NCBI GenBank assembly: GCA_964016885.1
Contig: OZ024740.1
Coordinates: 185,752,001-185,816,000 of the forward strand
Direction of reading: 5' to 3'
From: Eledone cirrhosa
Taxonomy: Eukaryota
Length of the DNA: 64,000 bases
Of the stretch, positions 45,240 through 58,107 are shown in pieces. Made by a program: the position numbers and the translations under genes. The notes beneath the pieces were generated by a model, which saw only the letters and a program-made list of their open reading frames with translations, did not search any database and was not told the DNA's origin. The first letter of the stretch is position 1. Each line of letters opens with the position of its first letter.

Positions 45240-47445
45240 GATCGTTGAAGTGAATGGATGTACTATTGTGAGATGGAGGAAGTCTGTTATTTCTACGGTT
45301 TTAAATACGTTTATTATTAATATTTTTGTTTCAAAAGTGGCATAATAATTTAGTCTTTCCCCTCAATAAAAGACTATCCAAAATATTTGGGCCTTTTGGC
45401 CTAATTATTTATCATTTTTATGTTAAAAAGAAAAGTTTTATCGAAAAAGAATATGGCCCCTGTCGTGCGACTGCGACTCAAGCGTTAAGGCTAAAAGTCT
45501 GCCCCTGCCGCATCAGGCAATATCAAGCAATATCGCCAACACCAGCAACAATAACAATATAAACAACAGTCAGAACACTAATAAATAAAAAAAATGACGA
45601 CACTAACAACAGCAGCAACAACGACATTACAGTCGTGAACAAGAGCAACAGCAATACTGGCGGCAACGACAGCAGCGTCGGAGGTAACTGCAGTGATGAC
45701 AACAACTCGAACAACAACAGCACTAACTACAACTCAAATGATGAAAACATAGAGGCCATCCCCGATGTGTTTGACCTGGACGACGGCAGCCATCTACCCG
45801 TGACTGTTGAAGGTGGGCGCTCAAGGTGTCCCAGGTGCGGAGACAAAACACAGTTTAAGGCCTTCTGCACCAAACCCACCAAGGCGGGCACGCGCTCCCC
45901 ATTCTTCCTAGGCCGTGCTCCACGACTGGAGCGACCAAACCATCCTAGGCCACTGTGGCAGAAAAACTACTAGCACCAGTGTACCAACGACAAAAACACC
46001 ATCTTTTCCACCACCAACGGCAACTACAAGACCGATGGAGAGCACACCCCTTCCTGATATAGCTAAATCAGACAGGGAGAGTGATGACGCTGAAGGGTAT
46101 AAAATTATCGCAGCGAAAAAAAAGAACTCCCTACCTTCGGCCTCCAAATAAAAGAGGAGGAAAAAACAAATAAAATGAAAAAGTCAAAGACACTACTGCC
46201 ATCACCATCAACAGCCATACCCCCACAACCACATATACCATCACAACCACCACCGTCATCATTATCATCTACCCCATCGTCGCCCCCAGCAACCCCACAG
46301 CAAACACAGAAAGCACCAACATCCCCAAAGCAGACAATGCACATATATAGACACAGACAACACAAAGCTTTTAAATTACATTCAACACCACACCAACATC
46401 ACAGAAACAAATTTCATACAAACCACCAAAATTGCACCCCCACGTACATAATAATAATTGAAATCTCTCAGAAGATTTATACACATTAAAGGAAAAATGT
46501 GTGTGGTCGCCGTTTGCTAGACACATATTTCCCCAGCTCGTTTCTTTGATGGAGCTGCAGTCATGGGTCAATTGAAGACCGAGAGGAAGCGTTTGGAGAC
46601 TGGAATATCTTCAGGCGCTTGCAGACCTCGACGTGTGATCTGTGGAAACTCCACCTTCGTGTTCTATAGAGGGTGAGTGAAGAACAAGAGTGACGATGTC
46701 CTTGGGGAAACTCTGGATGTCGATGAAAGCCAACTATGTATTCTCTTCGGGAGGACTTTCGGTCCGGGACTAATGGATAATTTCCAGAAGTCCTTGGCCT
46801 GGCAGTGTTACCGGGGAGCGTTGCCAATTTAAGATAAACTTTACAGACATGGAAGTATCGTTAGCCGAGCCTGTGCGCCAGGCGACGAGACCGTCCTGCA
46901 TGCACTTGTGGGTTTATGTCGAACATCTGCTGTCACGTGTAGGACGGATCCGGCTATCAGCTGAGTCTATCATGAAGATTGCACTTCTTTTCTGCCTGGT
47001 GGCCATGGTGGATTGTGGACGCGTCTGAAAGAGTTGAAGGTGGGCACTTTCCTCTTCGGTGACACCTTCATTAACTTTTTCAGGTTTCAGCTTAAAAGGA
47101 AAATCAGTTTGGAGAGGGAAGTGCTGCCTTCCAGCCGGTTTGTTGAGCGGTGGGGGAGAGAAGCAAAAGTGGCCCGTGTGAAGGGGCCTGCCTTGAACGT
47201 GTGCTTGTAGTATCGTAGGAGGAGAACTGGAAGAGAGCGCTTGCTCTAGTGGTCTGGGTGACCGTGGGTTTTTGTGGGTTTTCTTCACGAGTGATTCTCG
47301 TATGTCTCACCTCTACTGGGGAATTTTTTCTTGTTTTTAGTTTTTTGTTACATTTTATCTTTTCTTTTATATATATAAAATTTCGTTATTTTTTTTACAT
47401 GCAGAAATGCCCATTTGCACGTCCTGTACCATAATGTGCTGTAAT
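45240..47445 (+). mobile_element. Internally deleted Tx1-like LINE (5' UTR, ORF1 remnant, ORF2 C-terminus, 3' UTR; EN and RT missing)
   Basis: The 5' UTR shares atatttgggccttttggc with about 49063. ORF1 knuckle-like RCPRCGDKTQFKAFC. Abrupt join near 46490 to a VWSPFARHIFPQLVSLMELQSWV segment. Confidence 0.85.
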
Positions 47446-47469
47446 TAATGTTATACTTTATGTCAAGAA

Positions 47470-48090
47470 AGCATATTGGACGCCATGCTTTGCAACAAAG
47501 AGTTACGGCCCTTTATGACCTGAGTTCAAATCCCGCCGAAGTTTACTTTACATTTCATCTTTACGGGGTAGATGAAATAAAGTACCATTCACGCACTGGG
47601 TTCAGTTTATCGACTTTCCCTTCACCCAAATTACTGGCCTTGTGGCCATACTGGAAATCATTATTATTATTATTATATCGCAGTGGATTGGCAGTATTGG
47701 TAGAGGGTCGGACGCCATGCTTTGACGTATAGAGTTACGGCCCTTGCCATTCTGAGTTCAAATCTCGCCAAGGTTAACTTTGCCTTTCATCCTTACGGGG
47801 TCGATAAAATAAAGTACCAGTCATGCACTGGGTAATTGCTGGCCTTGTGCCTAACGTAGAAACAATTATTATTATTTTATCGGTAGAGGGTCGGACATGC
47901 TTTCCAGCATAGATACGTCCCTTTACGATCCTTTACGATCTGAGTTTAAATCCCGCCGAGATTAACTTTGCCATTCATCCTTACGAGGTCGATAAAATAA
48001 AGTACCAGTAATGTACTGGTAATTGCTGGCCTTGAGCCAAAAGTAGAAACAATTATTATTATTGTTACTATTATTATTATCATTATTATT
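47470..48090 (+). mobile_element. Three tandem SINE A copies
   Basis: About 47470-47675, 47680-47875 and 47878-48090, each ending in (ATT)n. Confidence 0.92.
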
Positions 48091-48928
48091 ACCGGAGGAC
48101 CTTTGAGCCGGGGACGATGGACATTTTCCAGAAATCCCTCGCTTGGCAGTGCTACCGGGGGGCACTGCCGGTTCGGGATAAACTCTACAGGCACGGAAGT
48201 GCTGTCAGACGGACCTGCCCAAGATGCGCACAGAACGACGAAACCGTTCTGCACGCACTTGTCCAATGTCTGTGCATTACTGACTTGTGGAGTTATGTCG
48301 AACAGCTACTGTCGCGTGTGGAACGAATCCGGCTATCCCCCGAGTCCATAGTGAAGATCGAGCCGCCACCTTCCTTAGTTCAGGAAGAGCAGGACATTTT
48401 CCTCTGTCTGGTGGCAGTTGCGAAAGAGATTATATGGTGGACCAGGTTGAAAGGACTAAAGACAGACACTTTTCTCTTCGGCCAATCCCTCATCAACTTC
48501 TTCAAGTTTCACCTGGAAAGGAAGGTGAGGGTGGAGAGAGAAGTGCTGTCCCCCAGTACATTTGCTAAAAGGTGGGTGAATATGGCGAGAATGGCTCTTG
48601 TGAATGGGCCTACTCTGACCATGCGCCTATAGGCTGGCTAACTTGAGGAGAGGGGTGCTCTCCCTGGGTGCCCTAGAAGTGCAGGGTGGTTCAGGATTGG
48701 TGGGGTACCCGAATCACCCCAGGGTCGTCCACCCCCTATCGGATATTTATTTTGTTATATTTATGCATAGTTTATTTTATATTTTTATGTTTTCATTGTT
48801 AAATTAGTCTTGCCATTGTGCACTTTTACTCGACCTTATTGTAAACCCCCACTGTCCCTGTCTTTGTATTGTCCCCTACATGTCGGCCCTTGTGGCTAAT
48901 AAATGAAATCATTATTATTATTATTATT
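48091..48928 (+). mobile_element. 5'-truncated Tx1-like LINE (ORF2 C-terminus 48091-48632, 3' UTR, (ATT)n tail)
   Basis: ORF 48117-48632 has a CPRC...ETVLHALVQC zinc finger and is highly similar to 53870-54388. Confidence 0.93.
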
Positions 48929-49134
48929 GGTCAATGCGGACGTATTTTGCTCGCTCACAGTAAGTCGCTTTATTTGCCTGTTAAAATTATTTGTTGTTAA
49001 ATATTTCTTGTTGTGTAAGGGATATAAACCCTTAGACTTTGCCCTGTGAAGGGGAAAGTATGATATTTGGGCCTTTTGGCACAAATATTTTAACTTTTTT
49101 TTACATGTTAAAGAATTTAAGAACAAAAAAAAAC

Positions 49135-50925
49135 ATGGCTGAGCCACGCCCCCCAGCGATATGTCGGCTGTCGTGCGACAACGACGTAGAAGTTGAGAGG
49201 AGCGCTACAGCGAAATTAACACACATTGATAACACAAACACCACCACAAACAAGATAAACAAAGGCACCAATGATACCAATAAGAACACTAATTTTAAAA
49301 AATGGCAGTAACAGCGATAACGAAAATACAAATAACAAAGAAAAAAATAACAAATGCAACAACAATATCAACACCACTAACATGAAAACAAATAGCGACA
49401 ATACCAACACCAACAATACCAACTGCACCGAGAACAACGGTGGCAGCAAAGACAAAGATGATAACAGCGACAGTGCTAACAACAACACCCACAAGAACAA
49501 CGATAACAAAACCCAAATCGAAAACAGGAAAAACACTTTCGCTGCGGCTGCAGCAAAAAAGAGGCCATGCTTCAACATGGACTTCTCAAACAAAGATGAA
49601 AAGTTGGCCCAGGCATGGAAGCTCATCAAGGAAGAGCAAACTTGGGATAACTTAATTGTCCCGGTAGAAGATATTGAGGCAGTGGAGCGCAGAACGGTGC
49701 ATTATAGATGCATCTCACCACAAGAAGCCCTCGCTATGAAACACGCTATGACTCTTTGCAAAACCAGCAAGGTCATAATGTACCCCTCCCACATGGGAAA
49801 AAGAACGCCCGTCTCCGCATTCCCAGAATCCCACCAGGACTTGACATGTGGTGGCTTCTGTGATGTGTGATTTTGGAGGGGACGGATACCGTCCCTATAG
49901 AAGTTCCCAGAACGGCCAGAGAGGACTGGTCCGGGGTTGACCTGGAGATCCTTCTCCAGATCAGGCCCGAGAATGTGAAGACAATCCCTGAACATATCCG
50001 CCTTCAGAATGGGACGGTCATTCACAATATGACCGAAGGCAAAAGCCGCAGTGTTTTGTTTGTGGGGAAAAAACCCATCTGCGAGCCTTCTGCCCTCAAC
50101 TGCTGAAAGAGGCAAAGGGTCGAAAGGCTCCACTGCTGCCGACGCCGGGGCGAGGACCACAACCAACACCAGCACAGGCAAAACCACCAAAAACAACACC
50201 AGTAGAAAGACCACCACCAACATTGACCACCCAGGGGCGAATCGAGGAAAGCTGACAAATCCCCCCCTCCCAAATACACACACCAATAAAACCATAAACA
50301 CACATACAGACACACTTACAGACACAGACCCCTCATCTACCAGTAGTGAAAATGAGGGAAATCCAAAATCCCCCAAAATACAAACACAAAAAGAAAAAAA
50401 AAACTCAACAAAGCACAAAAGCACCCACAATAAAAAACGCAGACACCACCCACGCAAACATCTCTCCAATAACACCAACATCAACACCACCATCACCATC
50501 ACCAGAATCCCCCAAACGCAAACAACCGAAACAGACGCAAGAACAAATGTACACACAGACATCTGAAACCACAGACACCGCACTCACAACAAACACAGAT
50601 ACAACCGAAACAACACCACCAAAACCATCACCACCTCAGCTACGCAAACAAATAAATTAAAAACCAACAAAACATACAAAACTTCGTGCTCGTCAGGAGG
50701 GCCAACAAGGAACTGATGGCCCTCGTAGCACGAAGTGAAAATATACAAAAAGAGGGGGAAATGTCGCTCAACATATTCAAAGAAATACGAGACAGCTTTC
50801 CTCGGGCCGTGGGAACCGCGAATGTAAAACCCACTTCAAGACTTTTAAAGGGGTTCCCAAAAGAAATCCCACTAACTAAGGAGGTCGAACAACCCGACCT
50901 TCACAAGAGCCCGGAAGGTAAGTAA
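49135..50925 (+). pseudogene. LINE ORF1 (Asn/Thr/Lys-rich, frameshifted)
   Basis: ATG at 49135 (MAEPRPP...). Overlapping ORF fragments 49271-49870, 49867-50106, 50051-50566, 50346-50660 and 50686-50925 lie upstream of ORF2. Confidence 0.75.
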
Positions 50926-50956
50926 ACCTTCCTCTCTCTCTGTTTAACCTGCCAAC

Positions 50957-53900
50957 ATGGCCGTATTAAGAGTAGGATGTTTAAATGTTCGAGGCCTGGG
51001 ATCGTCCTGGGATCGTCCTGGAAGCAGTGCCACCTGCTCAACGACCTCAGGTCTATAGAAATGGATGTAATTGCAGTCAGCGAGACCAGGATTTCCGACA
51101 CGCGCGCATTAGCCCCCATTTTCGACGACTATCAGATCTTTGCATCTGTTAGACGGCCGGGAATGGGCGGCGGGGTGGCAGTGCTGTTTAGGAAAGGCCT
51201 GGATCTCGAGGTAAGGTCGATCTTCCGGAACCCGGACGGGAAGTTGGTGGTCCTGGACGTGAACAATAATGAAGGTGGTGCCTTTAGACTGGTGGCCGTC
51301 TATGCTCCAAATGGGGCAGGACGGCCGGACTTCTTTAGACGCCTGGAAGTCTTTCTGGGTACGTCTCGCTCTTTACTGTTAGCGGGGGACTGGAACGGCA
51401 TCTTAGACGCACGCTGGGACTGTGTGGGAGTATCCGATAGGAGCGGGGGGTGCAAAATCCTCAAGAACCTGATCAGCCAGTTCCAACTGTCTGACAGGTA
51501 CCGACTAGATTTCCCTATGCGCCAGTGTGTACCAGGGCTAACCGCATAAGTCATCTAGATCGTATATAGACAGGATATTCATTAGGAAAATAGACAGAAA
51601 CAGTGTAAGCTGTCCACGTTTTGAAACGGTCGCCTATTCAGATCACAAGTTTGTGATCTGTATGGTCGACCTAGATAAGACGCGTAGGTTAGGAGCTGGT
51701 TACTGGAAGCTAAACATGTCATGTTCGGCTCGTAAGGCTTACAGGTACCAGATCAACAATTTAGTTAAGAAAAGGTTGACAGGGTGAGTCGTCAACAATA
51801 GATGGTGGGCGTCTCTCAAAAGAGAGATTAAAGTAATGTCGATAGAGTTTAGCAAAGAAGTAGCATTAGAGAAAAATAGAAAGGAGGGGGAGTTGGTAGA
51901 TAAGTTAGACGAGGCTATTGGTAGTGGCATTGCAAATGATGTGCTAGCGGTGAGATGGCATTAGACCTTTTCTTCAATGCGAAACACGAAGGTTGCATTG
52001 TCAGAGCTAAGGCGCGTGCTCTGAGAAACGAGGGAACCAAAGCTGTCCGATGGGCCAGCGTGGCAGAGGCGCAGCGTGGAAATAAAACCACGATTCGTTC
52101 TTTGACGGACCGAGATGGGCACGAGGTGCGCGATTCCAAGAGGATGTGTGAGGCCTTTCGCCAACATTTTGTTCGGTTGTTCGGGGGAAGTGGCGGGGGA
52201 TTAGAGTTGGTGGCGGACTTCAGTCCCTACCTTGATTGCTTGCCGCAACTCTCGACGGCTGACGCTGGGCGCTGCGAAAGGCCAATTCTTCAGCCGAGAT
52301 TCCGGATGCCTTTGTCGGCTGCATGAGGCGCAAGTCACCCGGTTTGGATGGTCTGCCCTACAAGCTTTACGTAAATATGCCAGACTTGTTCTCCAATCTC
52401 TAAAGCCCTCTACTGCAACTGGCAGCAAAACGGGAGTATTCCCAGTTCTGTGAGCCGGGGCATAGTGACGCTGATAAGGAGAGACGAGAACAAGAGGGAC
52501 ACATTAGACAATTTCAGGCCCATAACTCTGCTCAACACAGAGTTTAAGATTTTGGCCAGGGTGTTAGCGAAGAGGTTGGCGCTTGTCGTCGGGGATTTGG
52601 TTGGGGAGGCGCAAACTTGCTCAATCCTAACCAGGTCCATACACGACAACCTCCACCTAATGCGATACATCATAGAGAGGGTAGGGTGTAAACCTGGCTT
52701 AGGTGGGTCTCTGATCAATTTAGAACAATCGAAAGCATTCGATAGGGTTGACCATCGGTACCTGGAAGCTGCCCTCAAGGCGGCTGGCTTCGGCCCCGTC
52801 TTCAGAAGCTGGATCGCTGCAATGCACAGCGGCACCTGCTCGATGGTCAAAATTAATGCCCACCTCTCGGAACCGTTTCAGATCTCCCGATCGGTCCGTG
52901 AAGGGTGCCCTCATCCTCCCTTCTGTACGTATTGACTCTCGAGCCTTTACTGCGGAAGCTGGAGCTGTTGCAGGGCATCCCGCTCGAACCGGGACACGGA
53001 AAGGCTGTGACGGCTTATGCGGACGACATCACCGTGATGGTGTCGGATACCTCAGAAATCGAGGTGGTCGGCAACTTATTAGAGGAATATGAAAGGTTGA
53101 CGGGAGCAAAACTTAACCTGGAAAATCTGTGGGCTTGCAACTCGGCACCTTGAGAGGCAAGTCCATACCGTCCAACAGCGTCGTTAGGCGCTGGACGGAC
53201 GGACCGGTAAAGTTGCTAGGGGTTTGGTTCGGGCCAGACCTCCAGGTGGATAAGAATTGGGACGAGGTGACGGGCAGGGTAGTCAGTCTCACCCAGAAAT
53301 GGGCTGGGATTAAGCTATCCCTGAAAGGTCGGGCGGAGGTTGCGAACGCGTACATCGCGTCCGTCATCTACTACCGTCTGACTGTCATCCCTTTCCCCCG
53401 TTCGCGCCTCTTCATCTTGGAGCGGCTCCTCTTCAAATTCTTGTGGAGGGGTCAGGTTCCGCTGGTGAGGCGGTCCATCTGCTGCCAGCACCCTCTACGT
53501 GGAGGGCTGGGCATGCCGTGGTTAATGATGCACAGGCACGCGCTGAGGCTGCGGCATCTCCAGATATTCTGCCTAAACAGTGAACAGGTGTGGTCGCCGT
53601 TTGTCAGACGGGCCTTTCCGCAGCTCGTTTCTTTGACTGAGTTGCAGTCCTGGGTCAAGAAGAGACCGAGACTGGGTGACTGGCATCTGGAATGTTGCCA
53701 GGCACTCACTGCCCTCTACCAGGCGTGAAATGCGGTCAGTGGAACTTCCACTCTCGAGCTCTATAGAGGATTATTGGTGCGCAAGTTCGACGACGCACTC
53801 GGAGAGGCTCTGGGAGTCAACGAAATCGAACTAACCAGACTGTACCGGAGGACTTTCAAGCCGGGGACGATGGATTATTTCCAAAAATCCTTCGCTTGGC

Positions 53901-54388
53901 AGTGCTACCGGGGGAGGGCACTGCCGGTTCGAGATAAACTCTACAGGCACGGAAGTGCTGTCAGACGGACCTGCCCGAGATGCGCGCAGAGCGACGAAAC
54001 CGTTCTGCACGTACTTGTCCAGTGTCCGTGCGTTACTGACTTGTGGAGTTATGTTGAACAGCTGTTGTCGCGTGTAGAACGGAACCGGCTATCGGCCGAG
54101 CCCATAGTGAAGATCGACCCGCCGCCTTCTTTTGGCCAGGAAGGGCAGGCAATTTTCCGCTGTCTGGTGGCAGTAGCGAAAGAGGTTGTATGGTCGACAA
54201 GGTTGAAAGGACTGAAGACAGACACTTTTCTCTTCGGCCAATCCCTCATCAACCTTTTCAAGTTTCACTTGGAAAGGAGGGTGAGGGTGGAGAGAGATGT
54301 GCTGCCCCACAGTACATTTGCTGAAAGGTGGGTGAATGTGGCGAGAATGGCCCGTGTGAGTGGGCCTACTCTGGTCATGCGGCTATAG
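50957..54388 (+). pseudogene. LINE ORF2: APE endonuclease, reverse transcriptase and C-terminal zinc finger (multiple frameshifts)
   Basis: MAVLRVGCLNVRGL, VIAVSET, VAVYAP, LAGDWN, SDH, KSPGLDGLP, NFRPITLLNTEFKILA, SKAFDRVDH, YADD, GGLGMP, CPRC...HVLVQC. Confidence 0.95.
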
Positions 54389-54693
54389 GTAGGTAAATTT
54401 GAAGAGGAGAGGGGGGCCCTTCCAGGGTGCTCTCGAAGGGTCGGGTCGTTCAGGACTGGTGGGGTACCTGAGCGAAACCTAGGTGGTCATTCCCCCAATT
54501 GGAGAATTTTTTTCTTTTTAGAATTTTCTTGTTACTTTATTGTTACTTTGTTATTATTACTTTGTTATTGTTATTCATATTTTTTACACGATTTTTCTGT
54601 AAAACCCCACTGTCCCAGTATTTTGTATTGTCCCCTATATGTCGGCCCTTGTGGCCAATAAATGTAATCATTAATATTATTATTATTATTATT

Positions 54694-57349
54694 AGAACGC
54701 GTGCTCTGAAACATGAGGGGTCGAAGGCGGTCCAATGTGCCCGGGTGGCAGAGGCGCGACGTGGCAACAAAGCCTCAATTCAGTCTTTGTCTGACCAAAA
54801 CGGGCGCCTGTTGCTCGAACCCGAGCAGATGTGTGAGACTTTTCAGCAGCACTTTGCTGAACTGTTCGGGAGAGGCGGCGGCTGGATCGGGGTATGGACT
54901 TCAGTGCATACATCGACGGACTGCCTTGGCTCTCGACAACCACAGCGCAGTGTGGCGAAAAGCCAATAACAACCGGTGAAATACGCGATGGCAAACTGCA
55001 CGAGTGGTAAATCGCCTGGTTTGGATTGTCTTCCCTACGAGCTTTATGCATTTATGCCAGACTTGTCCGGTGACCTCTTCGCAGACGTCTACTGCAACTG
55101 GCAGCAGAACGGGAGTATTCCCAGTTTTGTGAGCCAGGGAGCGGTGGCGCTGCTGAGAAAAGACTCAAACAAGGGGGATGTTATCGATAACTTCAGGCCC
55201 ATAGCCCTGCTAAACGCAGTTTTCAAGATTTTGGCCAAGGTCTTAGCAACAAGGTTGGCGCTTTTCATCGAGGATCTGGTGGGATGGCGCAGATATGCGC
55301 CATTCCGTACAGATCAATACACGACAACCTCCACCTCCTGTGATACATCGTAGAGAGGGGGTTAAGGAACCTAGAACGGGTGGCGGCCCTGATCAACTTG
55401 GATCAATCGAAAGCATTCGATAAGTTTGACCGTCGGTACCTGACGGCGGTCCTCGAGGCAGCCGGTTTCGCGCAAGTTTTCAGGGTCTAGATCGCTGCGA
55501 TGTACAGCGATATCTTCTAGGTTGTGAGGGTTAACGGTCACCTGTCGCAGCCGTTCAACATCATGCGCTCGGTCCGTCAGTGTTGTCCCCTCGTGTCCCT
55601 CCTGTACGTATTGGCTCTCGAGCCGATACTGCACAAACTGGGGGTGATTAGGGGCGTCCCACGAGAACTAGGATGCGGGAAATCTGAGTCGGCTTATGCC
55701 GACGACGTCACCGTGGTGGTGTCGAGCACCATACACGTCCAGATGTCGGCACCGCTCTCAAAGAATACGAAGCAGTAATAGGAGCAAAGATAAACACAGA
55801 AAAGTCGGTGGGCTTATAGCTCGGCACCTGCAGAGGCAAGTCCATGCCGCCCGATCACGTCGTGGGGCTTTGGACGGACCGGTTAAATTGCTCGGGGTCT
55901 GGTTCGGATCGGACCTCCAGATGGAGAAAAACTAGAGCGAGGAGACGAGCAGAGTGGCTTCCCTCACCCAGAAATGGGCCGAGAGGAAGCTGTTCCTGAA
56001 AAGCCGTACATCGCATCCGTCATCTGATACCGCCTCACCGTCGTCCCTTGTCCCGGCCAAACTCTCACCAAAATGGAGCACCTCCTCTTCCGCTTTTTGT
56101 GGAAAGGTCGCGCTCCCATGGTCAGACGATCCATCTGCTGTCAACACCTGTTGCGTGGAGTACTAGGCATGCCATGGCTGCTGATGCGCAAACATGCGCT
56201 GAGGCTGCGACATCTCTGCTGCTTACTTGACGGTGGACAGTTGTGGTCGCCGTTCGCCAGGCACGTTTTCCCACAGATCGTCTCCTTGACGGAGCTGCAG
56301 TCATGGGTCAGGAAAAGACCGAAGGATAGTGCTTGGAAACTGGAATGTCTCCAGGCGCCCACCACCCTCTTCCAGCTGGGCACCAGTATCGGTGGAACAT
56401 CCAGCTCGGCGTTCTACAGAGGACTTGTGTGGAAAAGCGTGACGACGTTCTCGGAGAGATGCTGGGCGTCAAAGAAGATCAGCTGATCGCCTTCTTCCGG
56501 AGAACTTTCAGCCAGGGACCTGGCCTGGCAGTGCTACCAGGGTGCGTTGCCGGTTCGAGATAAGCTCTACAGGCACGGAAGTGCCGTCAGCCGAGCCTGT
56601 CCGAGGTGCACGCAGAGTGACGAAACCGTCGTGCACGCACTCGTTCAGTGCCCGAGCATTGCTGACCTGTGGAGCTATGTCGACCAGTTGCCGTCGCGTG
56701 TAGGACCGATCCGATTATCGACTGAGTCAATTGTCCAGATGGTTTCGCCGTCTTCCTTCGAGGAGGAAGGGCAGGCAGTTTTCATCTTCCTGGTGGCCAT
56801 GGCGAAAGAGATTGTGTGGTGGTCCACTGGTGGACAAGGTTGAAAGGGTTAAAGACAGACACTTTCCTCTTCTGCCAATCCCTGATTAACTTTTTCATTT
56901 TTTACTTGAAGAGGAAAATCAGGGTGGAGAGGCAAATGCTGTCCTCTAGTAAGTTTGTTGAAAGGTGGGTGAATGCATCGAGAATGGTCTGACTGAACAG
57001 GACCACTCTGAATATACGCTTGTAGTTTGAGCAATGGAAAAATAGAGAGAGGGCGCTTGCCCTGGTGTTCAGGGTGGCCGTGGTCTTTTGTGTGGTTTTC
57101 GCCACGAGTAACCCTCGGATGTTTCCCCCCTATTGGGGAACTTTTCATTATTTCAATTTTCATTATTATTGTTTATATATATATATGTTTCTATGTCTTT
57201 TTCTTTCTTTTTCGTTTCTTATCTTAATAATAAAAATCTTTACACGCACAAAACTCACATCGTACTGTCCTGTGCCGTCTGTAATGTTTTTCTTAATGTC
57301 AGCCCTTGTGGCCAATAAAGAACTCATTATCATTATTATTATTATTATT
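54694..57349 (+). mobile_element. 5'-truncated Tx1-like LINE, second subfamily (RT to zinc finger, 3' UTR, (ATT)n then (AGT)n)
   Basis: KSPGLDCLPYE, NFRPIALLN, YADD, CPRC...HALVQC. The 3' UTR differs from that of the preceding element. Confidence 0.93.
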
Positions 57350-57861
57350 AGTAGTAGTAGTACTAGTAGTAGTAGTTGCTGTAGTAGTAGTAGTACATCT
57401 TATGTGGTAAATCTAAGGGAAATAAAACATTACGATTAGCTGTTATTCGTTAGGTCATCTTTCAAAACATTGCTTATTCCATCTATACAAAATTGCTTCC
57501 AGACAAATTTATCTGTACTTATTAAATATGAGCGTTAACTTAGGAGCAGTTTCTAGACGTGCAGGCGATCCAAACACTTATTAGATTACAATCTAATATT
57601 CTACTACACAAAGGTCATTTAAAACTTTATCGAACCTATATAACATAGTGCATTTCATCTCATATATTTTATAAATATTCGAATGTGATTTAGATACATA
57701 ATTTAAATAATGTGTTGGAATTTATCATGATTTGGTTTCTGATGTGAATCAGTTAAAGTGTTGAACGAAGTAATTTCAATTTACCGTATTTTATTTCAAT
57801 TAGTTCACGAATCATTACTTTACACACACACATATATATACATACATACATTCCCCACCCT

Positions 57862-57935
<74 letters not shown>

Positions 57936-58012
57936 TATATTTACATAATTATATATATATACATACATATATGTATATATATACATGCACACACACCCAC
58001 ACACACACACAC

Positions 58013-58107
<95 letters not shown>

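Larger units (their letters stand above)
48929..54693 (+). mobile_element. Full-length but degenerate Tx1/L1-clade LINE (about 5.75 kb)
   Basis: 5' UTR, ORF1, 31-bp spacer, ORF2 (APE-RT-zinc finger), 3' UTR with AATAAA, and (ATT)n on both sides. Confidence 0.95.

Noticed and set aside
49216-50583. Long minus-strand hydrophobic ORFs (for example 49702-50583, 293 aa)
   Set aside because: Antisense shadows of the A/C-rich LINE ORF1.
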